Sequence record: KY794643.1 | Strand: one strand, 5' to 3' | Source of the DNA: Staphylococcus phage vB_Sau_S24 | Length of the DNA: 64,000 nucleotides | Part shown: piece after piece, positions 63,971 through 64,000 of the stretch | Position numbering within the stretch: position 1 is the first letter of the stretch | How the letters are laid out: each line of letters begins with the position of its first letter | The notes under the pieces: model-generated | What the model saw: the letters and a program-made list of their open reading frames with translations, nothing else | Databases searched by the model: none | What the model was told of the DNA's origin: nothing | Made by a program: the position numbers and the translations under genes

Positions 63971-64000
63971 TATTTTACCATTTAAAATCGTCTGCGTATT

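Noticed and set aside
1-64000. CRISPR array, integrase/attachment site, rRNA
   Set aside because: No array of spaced identical repeats, no tyrosine- or serine-recombinase-like ORF and no rRNA-like segment were seen. The direct repeats that are present (39425-39600, 47600-47725, GGATA repeats) are too short and irregular for CRISPR.

Overview
The window is AT-rich (~30% GC) and densely packed with phage genes using Firmicutes-type RBSs (AAGGAGG) and near-consensus sigma-A promoters (TTGACA-N17-TATAAT). Its gene content and layout fit a large virulent myovirus of Gram-positive bacteria, most like a Twort-like/Herelleviridae phage and probably a staphylococcal Kayvirus-like genome. This assignment comes from recognising the proteins, not from a database search. 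The window has three parts. (1) From 1 to about 35 kb, on the + strand: the 3' part of a family-A DNA polymerase gene, a RecA/UvsX-like recombinase, a possible sigma-like factor, Ig-like (Big_2) proteins and a metallophosphoesterase. These are followed by a long run of small early-type genes, many encoding membrane proteins. This run also holds a PRPP-synthetase-like and NAMPT-like pair, which matches the recently described NARP1 pathway that rebuilds NAD+, and a three-domain Pnkp-like RNA repair enzyme (polynucleotide kinase, calcineurin-type phosphatase, RNA-ligase-like nucleotidyltransferase). (2) From about 35 to 47.7 kb is a region that looks like a long terminal repeat (LTR). It has about 30 tiny + strand genes, each behind its own strong promoter, and many of those promoters are fused to the upstream terminator hairpin. 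It also has two tandem families of paralogous genes (six copies and three copies), two opposite-strand genes (39678..40016 and an HNH homing endonuclease at 44172..44666), a duplicated promoter-driven non-coding element, clusters of direct repeats at both edges, and a striking excess of the heptamer GAAGCGG/CCGCTTC. (3) From about 47.7 to 64 kb, on the - strand: left-arm genes including a NADAR-domain protein, a PP-lambda-like phosphatase, tRNA-like elements, a Pol-beta-type nucleotidyltransferase, an AAA_5 ATPase, MazG, a nucleoside 2-deoxyribosyltransferase-like protein and a tiny LysM protein. I found no CRISPR array, no integrase and no rRNA.
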